DNA of 64,000 nt from Deltaproteobacteria bacterium (lineage in GTDB: Bacteria; Desulfobacterota; Desulfobacteria; Desulfobacterales; G020354645), in assembly GCA_020354645.1 (NCBI GenBank), contig CP070652.1, positions 292,818-356,817 on the forward strand, in the 5' to 3' direction. The notes beneath the pieces are model-generated. The model worked only from the letters and a program-made list of their open reading frames with translations. It had not been told where the DNA came from and made no database searches. The position numbers and the translations under genes are program-made. Shown here piece by piece: positions 21,701 through 29,202 of this stretch (position 1 is the stretch's first letter; every line of letters starts with the position of its first letter).

Positions 21701-22800
21701 CTGTCGGCAAACCTTCAAAAGCTTTCGGAGATCCTTATAAAGATTTTGATGAAGGACGTTTTATCGCGAGACTACCGGCCCCGCCTTTCTCCTTTATAGA
21801 CAGGATCGTTGCAGCCGAGCCCCAGGCCTGGGTCTTAAAGCCGGACGGATGGGTGGAAGCAGCCTATGATGTTTTTCCGGATGCCTGGTATTTTAGAGCC
21901 AACCGCAGCCCTTACATGCCCTACTGTGTGTTGCTGGAAATTGCCCTTCAGACGTGCGGTTGGATGGCGGCTTATGCAGGTTCGGCTCTTAAAAGCCAAA
22001 AAGCGCTTAAATTCAGAAACCTGGAAGGCAGTGCGATTTTGTACCAAGACGTTTCCGCCGATTTAAAGACCTTAAAGATCCGCAGCCGCATGACAAACGT
22101 ATCAACCCTCGAAGACATTATTATTGAGGCATTCGCGGTTAAAATTCTGCAGGCCGAAAAAATGATATTTGAAGGCCAAACATCTTTCGGCTTTTTCACA
22201 CCTGGAGCACTCGCCCAGCAAAAGGGCATCCGGGATGCCGACCAAAATAAATACCATCCCCCTGTGGAGGAGATCAGCGGCGGCAGATCATTGGTCTTTA
22301 ATGCCGAAGCTCCCATGACTCCTGATGATCCCGAAACCACAGCGAGTTCAAGCTTGGCCATGCCGGCCAAGGCGCTTCGCATGATTGACCGGATTGACAT
22401 CTACTTGCCGGATGGTGGTCCTCAGGGTCTGGGCTTTATCCGCGGAGTCAAGCAGGTTGATCCAGACGAGTGGTTTTTCAGGGCCCACTTTTTCCAGGAC
22501 CCGGTGTGTCCGGGTTCGCTGGGCATCGAATCTTTTCTGCAGCTAATAAAATTCATGGCCCTGGAGCGTTGGCCTCACCTGATAAACACTCATCGGTTTG
22601 AACACGTAACCGCTAATCCCCATAGCTGGACTTACCGGGGCCAGATTGTGCCGGAAAACAGAGAGATTGAGGTGGAAGCCTTAGTAAATTCAATTGATGT
22701 GGCGTCGCATCCGACCATCATGGCTGTTGGGTTTTTAAAAGTAGACGGACTTTGTATCTATCGAATGGATAATTTCGGATACCGCTTGGTGCCCTGCTAA
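15736..22800 (+). CDS. pfaC: PfaC-like multidomain PUFA/polyketide synthase subunit: KS-CLF-AT-DH(FabA-like)-DH(FabA-like)
   Basis: 2354 aa. KS motif LDAACASS (Cys codon 16312-16314). A second KS-like domain has no active-site Cys (VVSGEEASG, about 17803-17823), which marks a chain-length factor. AT motif GYSLGES (Ser codon 19252-19254). Two FabA-type motifs: CHFMDDMVMPGTLMYE (His codon 21274-21276) and AHFFQDPVCPGSLGIE (His codon 22486-22488). Confidence 0.92.
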   Translation: MAIKKATPIAVVGMAGLFPGATDLDVFWHNIINKVDTTRPVPKKRWIVDPDTMYQSETSPDKAVSTRACLIENFRFNPEEIAIDHDLLESLDPLYHMVLHTGRTAISNLVNRSFNKERTGVILAAIALPTDTSSALTRKIFENSFSEKLFDRSAFEAPTKNQSLASRVTSLPAALLAKGLGLGGGSYTLDAACASSLYAVKLACDELASYRTDTMLAGGVSRPDCLYTQVGFSQLRALSPTGCCAPFDESADGLVVGEGAGVVVLKRLEDALKHDDPIQGIISGSGISNDLRGNLLAPDSEGQLRAMRCAYESAGWSPLEVDLIECHGAGTPVGDNTELLSLRKLWGSSGWQPGQCAIGSVKSMIGHLLTAAGAAGMIKTLLALKYKILPPSLHFKKAPENSPLNNGPFRVQTTAEEWTKENDSEPRRAAVSAFGFGGINAHLLLEEWHPETSDFVHVAPVTKSDFSECPQLKEKIDSIETSGTDQAIVAQDPSPAAIVGMEAFFGSIRNLREFQEVILQGKSIIGKRPKYRWKGCDAYMEKSCLGMESLHGGFISELSIDISDFHIPPNEIKDILPPHLLMLKVAIQAMRDAGLALRKDRPRMGAVIGIDFDMEATNFQLRWNLPNWVQAWKKNYDFDGDHPYLNDWLESFRDSMGPPLTATRTRGALGSMVASRIARELRLGGPSFVVSGEEASGLRALEIGLRSLQQYETDAFLVGAVDLCCDLRTIITSAKIKSFSKQGIIRPFDRSADGILPGEGAAALVLKRLDQAVADGDRIYAVVKGIGNASGGGIDASTPTMNAYMAALRLSCQDANVSPTAISYCETHGSGEPLKDNIESEALLTFVNDRNESRAIGSLKPNIGHTGATAGLAELVKTAICLYQEIIPPLMNFKTPTTAVWHQQTFHIPTLPQYWLRDRKKGPRRATVAAITSDGNCASVVLEGFEDAPAEKMLEKISKERKQPLGCNPVGLFVVEGERRADLMAGLDRLHQHANKYKKKNKPVEMAARHWFQLNPQQPEKPHAVSLLAADYRQLKNWIEEAQYAIRTNTSKTMIAAGGVSYCPSAIGSVGETAFVYPGSGNHYIGMGTNIGVQWPEILREMDATTSQLKSQMRPQAYVPHRVSWEAGWEQTAYNSLISDPLNMILGPVVHGEVVTHLVMKFDIKPHAIIGYSLGESTGLFAMGAWPDRHEMLQRILGSELFTSELAGPCKAARKAWNIPPDEDFNWCVTAVNRPASVVREVIDRWPTTRLLIVNTPEECVIGGRKAELETAIKKLDCEALFLDGVVTVHCDALKPVAAAYRDLHFFPVDPPKGIRFYSCASGSSYSLTSENAAASILQQALSGFDFTTTVEQAYQDGIRVFLEMGPSASCTRMIKRILDNRPHLAISACVRGEDDYLTILKFIATLISWRLPANLGKLYGMESFAMKFPDTQENNAKSQIRIVIGGKMPSLTLPPRAKKAPPATVNSQSTIASIVTSDSTLPPQISDAMAISSASKMLDRFNKCIEITAEAHKTFLDFSNEVGQAYAKILALQNRLLENTPQTGKTNNSPADSGPLSSAPIFNRDQCLEFAKGAAANVLGPDFASVDTYKVRVRLPDEPLMLVDRILSVEGEQRSLGSGRIVTEHDVLADAWYLDGGRVPGCISIEAGQADLFLCAYLGIDLAVKGLRRYRLLDASVVFHRGLPRPGDVIRYEIEIEKFIRQGDTYLFLFSFEGFIGNSRLISMFNGCAGFFTEDEIRNSGGIIEAEEDSKLLKGKIPDDWVELVPIAVESFDDEGLDALRDGNLEKCFGELFKGVQLAESLRLPGGPMKLIDRIQIINPQAGPFGLGMIRAEADIHPDDWFLTCHFMDDMVMPGTLMYECCAHSLRVFIQRLGWITEKPGVSYEPVTGVKSVLKCRGPVTPDTKKVVYEVEIKELGYGPEPYVIADAHMYADGNYIVRFKDMSLKMSGINRRQIETFWRKKHGSQSTQKQRDKKNVVFDRDKIVEFAVGKPSKAFGDPYKDFDEGRFIARLPAPPFSFIDRIVAAEPQAWVLKPDGWVEAAYDVFPDAWYFRANRSPYMPYCVLLEIALQTCGWMAAYAGSALKSQKALKFRNLEGSAILYQDVSADLKTLKIRSRMTNVSTLEDIIIEAFAVKILQAEKMIFEGQTSFGFFTPGALAQQKGIRDADQNKYHPPVEEISGGRSLVFNAEAPMTPDDPETTASSSLAMPAKALRMIDRIDIYLPDGGPQGLGFIRGVKQVDPDEWFFRAHFFQDPVCPGSLGIESFLQLIKFMALERWPHLINTHRFEHVTANPHSWTYRGQIVPENREIEVEALVNSIDVASHPTIMAVGFLKVDGLCIYRMDNFGYRLVPC

Positions 22801-23012
22801 AGTTTGTCCCAGACACAACGGTCAAAACCGGTGCGGTTGAAAGATTTTTGCAAGCGGCACTCGAGTATATTGACAAAAAGGTAACCGAACGAACTGCATA
22901 ACTAAAACCATTAAAACAATTCAATGTTACGCCCCATGCGTTGACCAATCATAGAGATAGAAAAGAGCGCAGCGGTAAGTATAAACAATCAACAACAAAA
23001 AACCAGAACATT

Positions 23013-24053
23013 ATGCGATACTCCAGAGTTTATATTGAATCGTTTGGCTATGAACTTCCCCCAAACGTCGTGACTTCCAGTGACCTTGAGAATCAACTTG
23101 CACCACTCTATGAAACACTCCGATTTCAAAAAGGGCAACTTGAGGTATTGACCGGCATCCGTGAACGCCGGTTTTGGGATACGGGTTATAGAATGCATGA
23201 AGGCGCCATCAATGCAGGTATGAAAGCCATAAAAGCTTCCGGAATCCCCCCAGAGGCCATCGGCATGCTGATTTACGCAGGGGTCTGCAGGGATAATTTA
23301 GAACCGGCAACAGCATGCGCCGTCTCCCACGGTCTGGGACTCTGTCCCGACACCGAGATTTATGATGTCTCCAATGCTTGTCTGGGCGTTTTGAACGGAA
23401 TGGTCCAAGTGGCGAATGCAATAGAACTCGGACAAATCAGGGCCGGATTGGTTGTATCCTGTGAATCCGCCCGTCAGATAGTGGAGGTCACCATTGACAG
23501 ATTACTAAAATCCAGAGATATGGAGACTTTCAAAAAAACCGTCGCCACCCTGACCGGCGGTTCAGGAGCAGTTGGAGTTTTGCTGACCGATGGCGAGTTC
23601 ACACATCACGGTCACCGACTTTTGGGCGGTGTAGCCAGAAATGCTACCGAACACCACAGGCTGTGTTGGTGGGGACCGGATACAGGGATTCCCGCCAGCG
23701 GACCGCAGGTTATGGAAACCGATTCTGTTGGGGTTTTGCAAAACGGGGTCATTCTTGGTGTTGAAACCTTTAAAGCCTTTCGCCGAGAACTCTCTTGGCC
23801 TCATGATAAACCCGACAAGGTCATTTGTCACCAGGTTGGTGCAACCCATCAACAAAACATTCTCGAATCAATAGGGATTCCGAAAGAGAGGGATTTTACC
23901 ACTTTTAAGTACCTTGGCAATATTGGCACAGTATCTCTGCCGATCACCGTTGCAATTGGAGCTGAACGCGGCTTTCTAATGAGAAATGATCTGGTCGGAT
24001 TGCTCGGTATTGGAAGTGGATTAAACTGTTTGATGCTTGGCGTGGCGTGGTGA
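23013..24053 (+). CDS. oleA: OleA, thiolase-fold acyl-CoA:acyl-CoA head-to-head Claisen condensing enzyme
   Basis: Colinear with Xanthomonas OleA as I recall it: LEPATACAV, YDVSNACLGVLNGM (active-site Cys), TLTGGSGAVGVLL, ICHQVG, GNIGTVSLPIT, LLGIGSGLNCLMLGVAW. The start is placed at the ATG of MRYSRVY (23013), which aligns with OleA N-termini. The track ORF starts 72 nt earlier. Confidence 0.88.
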   Translation: MRYSRVYIESFGYELPPNVVTSSDLENQLAPLYETLRFQKGQLEVLTGIRERRFWDTGYRMHEGAINAGMKAIKASGIPPEAIGMLIYAGVCRDNLEPATACAVSHGLGLCPDTEIYDVSNACLGVLNGMVQVANAIELGQIRAGLVVSCESARQIVEVTIDRLLKSRDMETFKKTVATLTGGSGAVGVLLTDGEFTHHGHRLLGGVARNATEHHRLCWWGPDTGIPASGPQVMETDSVGVLQNGVILGVETFKAFRRELSWPHDKPDKVICHQVGATHQQNILESIGIPKERDFTTFKYLGNIGTVSLPITVAIGAERGFLMRNDLVGLLGIGSGLNCLMLGVAW

Positions 24054-24120
24054 TGCCGGATCTAAACATTTATAACCGCATTATAAAAGTTTTCAAAAGA
24101 ACCTCTTGATAAGGCACTTC

Positions 24121-25032
24121 ATGCTGTTTACAAAAGAAGTCAATATCGACAAATTTCGGCATCTATATCCGTTTGATTCTCATTTCATAAAAATAATGGG
24201 TCTGCGGTATCACTTCCTAAATGAAGGTGCGGGCGATCCTGTTGTAATGATTCATGGCAATCCTACCTGGTCCTTTTATTATCGTGAATTGGTCAAAGCC
24301 CTTTCACTAAATTATAAGGTCATTGTGCCGGATCACATCGGCTGCGGTCTTTCTGACAAACCCAGTGGAAAAAACTATGAGTACCGGCTAGAAAGAAGGG
24401 TCAAGGATCTGGAAGCGCTGATGGACCATTTAAACCTAAAGCGAAAATTTACTTTCGTACTCCATGACTGGGGTGGGATCATCGGCATGGTTTATGCCAT
24501 ACGGTATCCTTCACGAATCGGCCGGTTGGTCATTATGAACACCGCTGCATTCCTGCTGCCCAACGGAAAACGGCTACCCCTGAGATTATGGTTGGTTAGA
24601 AACATCAGACCCTTAGCGACATTAGCCGTTCTTGGATTTAACCTTTTTTCATATGGGGCCCTTTTCATGGCATCTCACAGAAAACTTGCAAAGGATGTTA
24701 AAACCGGTCTTACTGCCCCTTACAACAGCTGGAACAACAGGATTGCGACACTTAAGTTTGTACAAGATATCCCCCTGAATGATAAAGATCCCAGTTATGA
24801 TCTGGTCATGTATGTCGATCAAAACCTGCAGTTGTTATCGGATATACCCATGCTGATTTGCTGGGGTGAACGCGACTTCGTCTTCGATAAGGATTTTCTG
24901 GCTGAGTGGCAGCGCCGGTTCCCAAAGGCCGAAGTGCATACATTTTCAGAAGCCGGCCATTATGTGCTCGAAGACGTGCCTGATGAGATCATAAAATTGG
25001 TGGGTAAATTCCTGATGAATAATCCGTTGTGA
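24121..25032 (+). CDS. oleB: OleB, alpha/beta-hydrolase (haloalkane dehalogenase-like) beta-lactone decarboxylase
   Basis: HGNPTWSFYYR, PDHIGCGLSDKP, nucleophile motif LHDWGG, and C-terminal AGHYVLED. Positioned between oleA and oleC. An alternative TTG start lies at 24106. Confidence 0.85.
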   Translation: MLFTKEVNIDKFRHLYPFDSHFIKIMGLRYHFLNEGAGDPVVMIHGNPTWSFYYRELVKALSLNYKVIVPDHIGCGLSDKPSGKNYEYRLERRVKDLEALMDHLNLKRKFTFVLHDWGGIIGMVYAIRYPSRIGRLVIMNTAAFLLPNGKRLPLRLWLVRNIRPLATLAVLGFNLFSYGALFMASHRKLAKDVKTGLTAPYNSWNNRIATLKFVQDIPLNDKDPSYDLVMYVDQNLQLLSDIPMLICWGERDFVFDKDFLAEWQRRFPKAEVHTFSEAGHYVLEDVPDEIIKLVGKFLMNNPL

Positions 25033-25193
25033 TGATGGGTCCAAATTTAAACCAACCAACAAAATTGACCGGACGGCTTCCACACAAGTCCCGTCTTTTG
25101 AGGCAGAGTCAAGGGAAGCTATTTGAAATAAATACTTTCCCTTTCCGGAGACCCCACCCTGAAGGGTTGGAGCTTCATGATTTGATGGGCTAA

Positions 25194-26864
25194 ATGCACA
25201 GACCTGATCCACCCAACAATGATTTTTTTAATATCTCTTCTTACTTAAAGAGAATGGCCAATATTCTCCCCTTCAAACGGGCTGTTGTCTATCCGGCCGG
25301 TCGCGATAAGCGCGGGCGTGTAACATACGCACATCTGACCTTTGAACAGCTGGATCAAGAATCCGATTGTCTGGCGCATGGACTTGAAAAAACCGGTATT
25401 GTCCGTGGAACCCGCACCATATTAATGGTTCCGCCCGGTTTGGAATTTTTTGCATTAACTTTTGCTATTTTTAAAATCGGCGCCGTACCTGTGGTTGTTG
25501 ATCCAGGAATGGGTGTCCGGCGGATGGTCAGGTGTTTAAAAGAAAGCAGACCCGGAGCGTTTATCGGCATTCCAAAAGCGCATGTATTGCGAAAGCTATA
25601 TCCGAGGTTTTTCAATACGGTAAAGATTTGGATTACGGTGGGCCGGCGCTGGTTCTGGGGTGGCCACACACTTAAAAGTATTCGCCAGTCCCCCTGGAAA
25701 GCTTTTCCGGTAGCCAGAACAAAACGGGACGATATGGCAGCGATACTTTTCACGACCGGCAGTACCGGTCCTCCAAAAGGTGCTGTTTATACCCATGGCA
25801 ATTTTGAGGCCCAGCTGCGACACATAAAGTTACATTTCCATATAACAAGCGATGAAATTGACTTGCCCACCTTTCCCCTTTTTGCTTTGTTTGATCCGGC
25901 ACTTGGCATGACTGCCATCATACCGGATATGGATCCCACAAAACCCGCTTTGGTCAACCCCGAAAGAATCATTGAACCAATTCTAAACCACGGTGTGACC
26001 AATATGTTTGCCTCCCCCGCGCTTCTGAACCGTGTCGGCAGTCATGGCAAGCAACACGGCATAAAACTGCCCTCATTAAAACGGGTTGTTTGCGCTGGCG
26101 CACCGGTAGCACCCGTCAATATCGAGTTGTTTTCCTCAATTTTATGCGGCGGTGCGGAAATACACACGCCGTATGGTGCAACGGAAGCCGTCCCGATTGT
26201 CTCCATCTCCAGCAATGAAATTCTTTCTGAAACCAGACAACGAACAGAGCAGGGTTACGGAATGTGCGTGGGGCGTCCAATCAACGATTTAGAGGTGCGC
26301 ATTATAAAAATAAGCGACCACCCAATCAACCGATGGTCGGATGCCCTTGTTGTTCCTGTTGGTGAGGTCGGTGAAATTGTTGTCAAGGGTAATCTCGTCA
26401 CCCGCACATATTTTGAACGACCCGAGGCCGATGCACTGGCCAAAATCGCGGACGGCACCGGCTTCTGGCACAGGATGGGGGATCTGGGATGGCTGGATCA
26501 GAAGGGGAGGATTTGGTTCTGCGGCCGCAAAAATCACCGGGTAATCACAGAGCATGTCACCTTGTATACCATACCCTGCGAAGCGATCTTTAACAACCAT
26601 CCGCGGGTCTTTCGCAGCGCACTTGTAGGCGTTGGACCCAGGCCAAACCAAAAACCAGTCATATGCATAGAGTTAGAAAAATCATATAGCGGCCGAGACA
26701 AAACAAAAATTCAAAAAGAGCTGCTGGAAATCGCATCCAACCATGACTTGACAAAAAATATTAAAACCGTATTGTTTCACAAGGCTTTTCCGGTGGACAT
26801 TCGCCACAACTCCAAGATATTTCGAGAGAAACTGGCAGTGTGGGCCCAGCAGCAATTGAAATAG
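25194..26864 (+). CDS. oleC: OleC, AMP-dependent beta-lactone synthetase (ANL superfamily)
   Basis: 556 aa. AMP-binding motif FTTGSTGPPKGAVYTH, TPYGATE, HRMGDLGWLDQKGRIWFCGRK. Positioned between oleB and oleD. Confidence 0.88.
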   Translation: MHRPDPPNNDFFNISSYLKRMANILPFKRAVVYPAGRDKRGRVTYAHLTFEQLDQESDCLAHGLEKTGIVRGTRTILMVPPGLEFFALTFAIFKIGAVPVVVDPGMGVRRMVRCLKESRPGAFIGIPKAHVLRKLYPRFFNTVKIWITVGRRWFWGGHTLKSIRQSPWKAFPVARTKRDDMAAILFTTGSTGPPKGAVYTHGNFEAQLRHIKLHFHITSDEIDLPTFPLFALFDPALGMTAIIPDMDPTKPALVNPERIIEPILNHGVTNMFASPALLNRVGSHGKQHGIKLPSLKRVVCAGAPVAPVNIELFSSILCGGAEIHTPYGATEAVPIVSISSNEILSETRQRTEQGYGMCVGRPINDLEVRIIKISDHPINRWSDALVVPVGEVGEIVVKGNLVTRTYFERPEADALAKIADGTGFWHRMGDLGWLDQKGRIWFCGRKNHRVITEHVTLYTIPCEAIFNNHPRVFRSALVGVGPRPNQKPVICIELEKSYSGRDKTKIQKELLEIASNHDLTKNIKTVLFHKAFPVDIRHNSKIFREKLAVWAQQQLK

Positions 26865-26910
26865 CGGTTTTGAATTGCCACCAAAGAAGGGCTTGGAGTT
26901 CTAGCATTGA

Positions 26911-27927
26911 ATGAATAGGAGGGTGAAATTGAACGTTCTGGTTACCGGGGGTGGCGGTTTTCTCGGCAGTGCGATCGTCAAGCAACTTATTGCAAAAGGT
27001 AACAATGTCCGCAGCTTCTGCCGGAGCTACTACTCAAAACTTGAGGAATTGGGGATTGAACAGATTAAGGGTGACATCGGTGATTCGGGCGCCGTTGAAC
27101 GTGCCTGCAAAGGCATCGATCTTGTATTTCATATTGCCGCCAAGCCTCCCCCATGGGGAAATTATGCGGATTACTATCGAACGAATGTTATCGGGACCCA
27201 AAACGTCATCGATGCCTGTGTCAATCAAAACATCCCAAAACTGGTGTATACGAGCACGCCCAGTGTGGTCTTCAATGGGGCTGACATAGAAGGAGCAGAT
27301 GAATCTTTTCCCTATCCTCGTAAATATAACGCCCACTATCCAAAGACCAAGGCGCTGGCTGAACAAAAAGTTTTAAAATCCGCAAGCGGCAATCTTAGAA
27401 CAATTATATTAAGGCCCCATGAGATTTGGGGTCCGGGTGATAATCATATTGCTCCCCGACTTATTGCAAGAGCCAAGCGGCTGAAAAGAATCGGCAACGG
27501 CAAAAATCTGATCGATACGACCTATATCGACAATGCAGCTAATGCACACCTTCTGGCCGCCGAAAAATTGGATGAAAATGAGGCGCTTTCAGGTAAAATT
27601 TATTTCATCAGCCAGGGGGAACCTATGTTGGCATGGGACATGATCAACGCCATTTTAACGATGGCCGGTTTTGGACCAGTAAAAGGATCTGTACCCTACA
27701 GAATTGCATGGGTGACTGGAGCTTTACTTGAATTTGTGTATAAGATATTTCACCTGTCCGGTGAACCCTATATTACCCGCTTTATGGCTTATGCAGTTGC
27801 CAAAAGCCACTGGTTTGATATCGGTGCGGCCAAGAGAGACTTGGGTTATATCCCCCGCGTTTCCAACGAAGAGGGCCTGCGCAGACTTGAAGAATGGTTC
27901 CGCAAAGACTATCACGCAAGAGGATAA
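26911..27927 (+). CDS. oleD: OleD, NAD(P)H-dependent 2-alkyl-3-ketoalkanoate reductase (3-beta-HSD/SDR family)
   Basis: VLVTGGGGFLGSAIV Rossmann motif and the YxxxK motif in YPKTKALAEQ. 338 aa, and the last gene of the canonical oleABCD order. Confidence 0.85.
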   Translation: MNRRVKLNVLVTGGGGFLGSAIVKQLIAKGNNVRSFCRSYYSKLEELGIEQIKGDIGDSGAVERACKGIDLVFHIAAKPPPWGNYADYYRTNVIGTQNVIDACVNQNIPKLVYTSTPSVVFNGADIEGADESFPYPRKYNAHYPKTKALAEQKVLKSASGNLRTIILRPHEIWGPGDNHIAPRLIARAKRLKRIGNGKNLIDTTYIDNAANAHLLAAEKLDENEALSGKIYFISQGEPMLAWDMINAILTMAGFGPVKGSVPYRIAWVTGALLEFVYKIFHLSGEPYITRFMAYAVAKSHWFDIGAAKRDLGYIPRVSNEEGLRRLEEWFRKDYHARG

Positions 27928-27930
27928 ACA

Positions 27931-28458
27931 ATGAAGTTGACAGAGCTTTTACCGCTTGAAAAATGGGTGGAACTTGAAGAGGAGATTAGCGATAAATTTG
28001 GTATCGCGGCCAATGTATTTGACGTAAACGGCATCAGAATAACAAATTATAAAAACTGGGTTAATCGACTATGTCCTGTCATCAAAGCCAATGAAAAAGG
28101 ACAAAGCTTTATCTGTGCCGTTGCGCATATGAATATCGCCATGCAGGCGATGCAAAATAAAAAACCTGTGATTGAAGAATGCGATGCCGGGCTGGCCAAA
28201 CCGGTCGTTCCCATTTTTGCCGGTAACGAATTTTTAGGTGCAATTTGCGGTTGCGGCTTATTACTTGAAGACGGTGAAGTCGACGCATTTTTGGTTCATA
28301 AGATTACCGGTATCCCTGAAGGAGAAATAGAAAGCTTGTCGAATGATATAGAAACTATTGCTGCAAGACATGTGGAAGCCTTAATTAATTTCATGGAAAA
28401 AAGAATCAATCAAATCGTCACAGATTTTGAAAATCAGACTTCCGATAAAGCCTTGTAA
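27931..28458 (+). CDS. Stand-alone PocR sensory-domain protein (PAS-like fold)
   Basis: 175 aa. The layout LQ..F....G.A..V.D..G...T......RLC..I......G...C and the EC.AGL....PI...GE.LGAI.GCG segment match the PocR ligand-binding domain. The ATG is 3 nt after the oleD stop, with an AGAGGA Shine-Dalgarno inside the oleD 3' end. Confidence 0.65.
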   Translation: MKLTELLPLEKWVELEEEISDKFGIAANVFDVNGIRITNYKNWVNRLCPVIKANEKGQSFICAVAHMNIAMQAMQNKKPVIEECDAGLAKPVVPIFAGNEFLGAICGCGLLLEDGEVDAFLVHKITGIPEGEIESLSNDIETIAARHVEALINFMEKRINQIVTDFENQTSDKAL

Positions 28459-28688
28459 TATTCAGCTCATTAATCAGCTCAGATTCAACCATATCACAAT
28501 GCAAATCCAATCCCTGTATCTCCCGCTTTTGACTAAATCCCGCTTTCCTTTCGCTTAAATGAAACCGAATTACCAGTTATCTGCAGATATCTCTCTGTTG
28601 AAGTTCAGACATCAGGACTAAAGATCGAATACTCCGCAAACCCCTATCAATTAAAGATTCAGCAATGTAAACAAAATCACTTTTTCAC

Positions 28689-28743
28689 TTGACAAGAAAA
28701 ATCTGGATAGATATAGATTAATATAGATAAAACTTATATAGAT
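28689..28743 (+). promoter_or_regulatory. Candidate sigma70 promoter plus three ATATAGAT direct repeats (possible Rrf2 operator)
   Basis: TTGACA (28689-28694), a 17-nt spacer, then TATAGA (28712-28717). ATATAGAT occurs at 28711-28718, 28721-28728 and 28736-28743, overlapping and following the -10 element, 55-90 nt upstream of the Rrf2 start. Confidence 0.35.
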
Positions 28744-28797
28744 TAAACTATTCATATATGAGAGTGATTTATAACCTGCTGTGAGGTTCTGCGCTAG

Positions 28798-29202
28798 ATG
28801 AAGCTATCGACAAGAAGCCGATACGGAACGAGATTACTGGTGGATCTGGCCCGCTATAATGATCAGGCGCCAATCCAAATTAGCGAAATTTCCAAGCGGC
28901 AAGATATTTCGGTGAAATATCTGGAACAACTCATTCGCCCCCTTAAAAAGGCTGGACTTGTCACCAGTGTTCGCGGAGCCAAGGGCGGACACAGGCTGGC
29001 CAAAAAACCTGAACAAATCAAACTGGGTGACATTGTCAGGTTATTCGAAGCGCATAGTGATCTGGTAGATTGCGTCAGCTCCCCTGAAAAATGCGATCTG
29101 GCTGACGATTGTCGTGTCCGTTTAGCTTGGAAGGAAGCCAATGAAGTTCTTTATCAGAAACTGGACAGCTTTACGATAGCCGATCTCATGAAAGAAACAT
29201 AA
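28798..29202 (+). CDS. Rrf2-family transcriptional regulator (IscR/NsrR-like, three-Cys cluster-binding motif)
   Basis: MKLSTRSRYGTRLLVDLA, ISVKYLEQLIRPLKKAGLVTSVRGAKGGHRLA, and the Cys triad CVSSPEKCDLADDC. Confidence 0.88.
   Translation: MKLSTRSRYGTRLLVDLARYNDQAPIQISEISKRQDISVKYLEQLIRPLKKAGLVTSVRGAKGGHRLAKKPEQIKLGDIVRLFEAHSDLVDCVSSPEKCDLADDCRVRLAWKEANEVLYQKLDSFTIADLMKET

Noticed and set aside
22941-23012. An upstream TTG start for oleA that adds a 24-aa basic extension (MTNHRDRKERSGKYKQSTTKNQNI).
   Set aside because: OleA homologs align from MRYSRVY. The extension is low-complexity and is probably just the A-rich untranslated leader. The longer form cannot be excluded without N-terminal data.
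25033-25193. A possible attenuator hairpin (AAGGGAAG...CTTTCCCTT) in the 161-nt oleB-oleC gap, plus the antisense ORF 24946..25212.
   Set aside because: The stem is imperfect and is not followed by a T run. The antisense ORF has no supporting signal. This is not strong enough to report as a feature.
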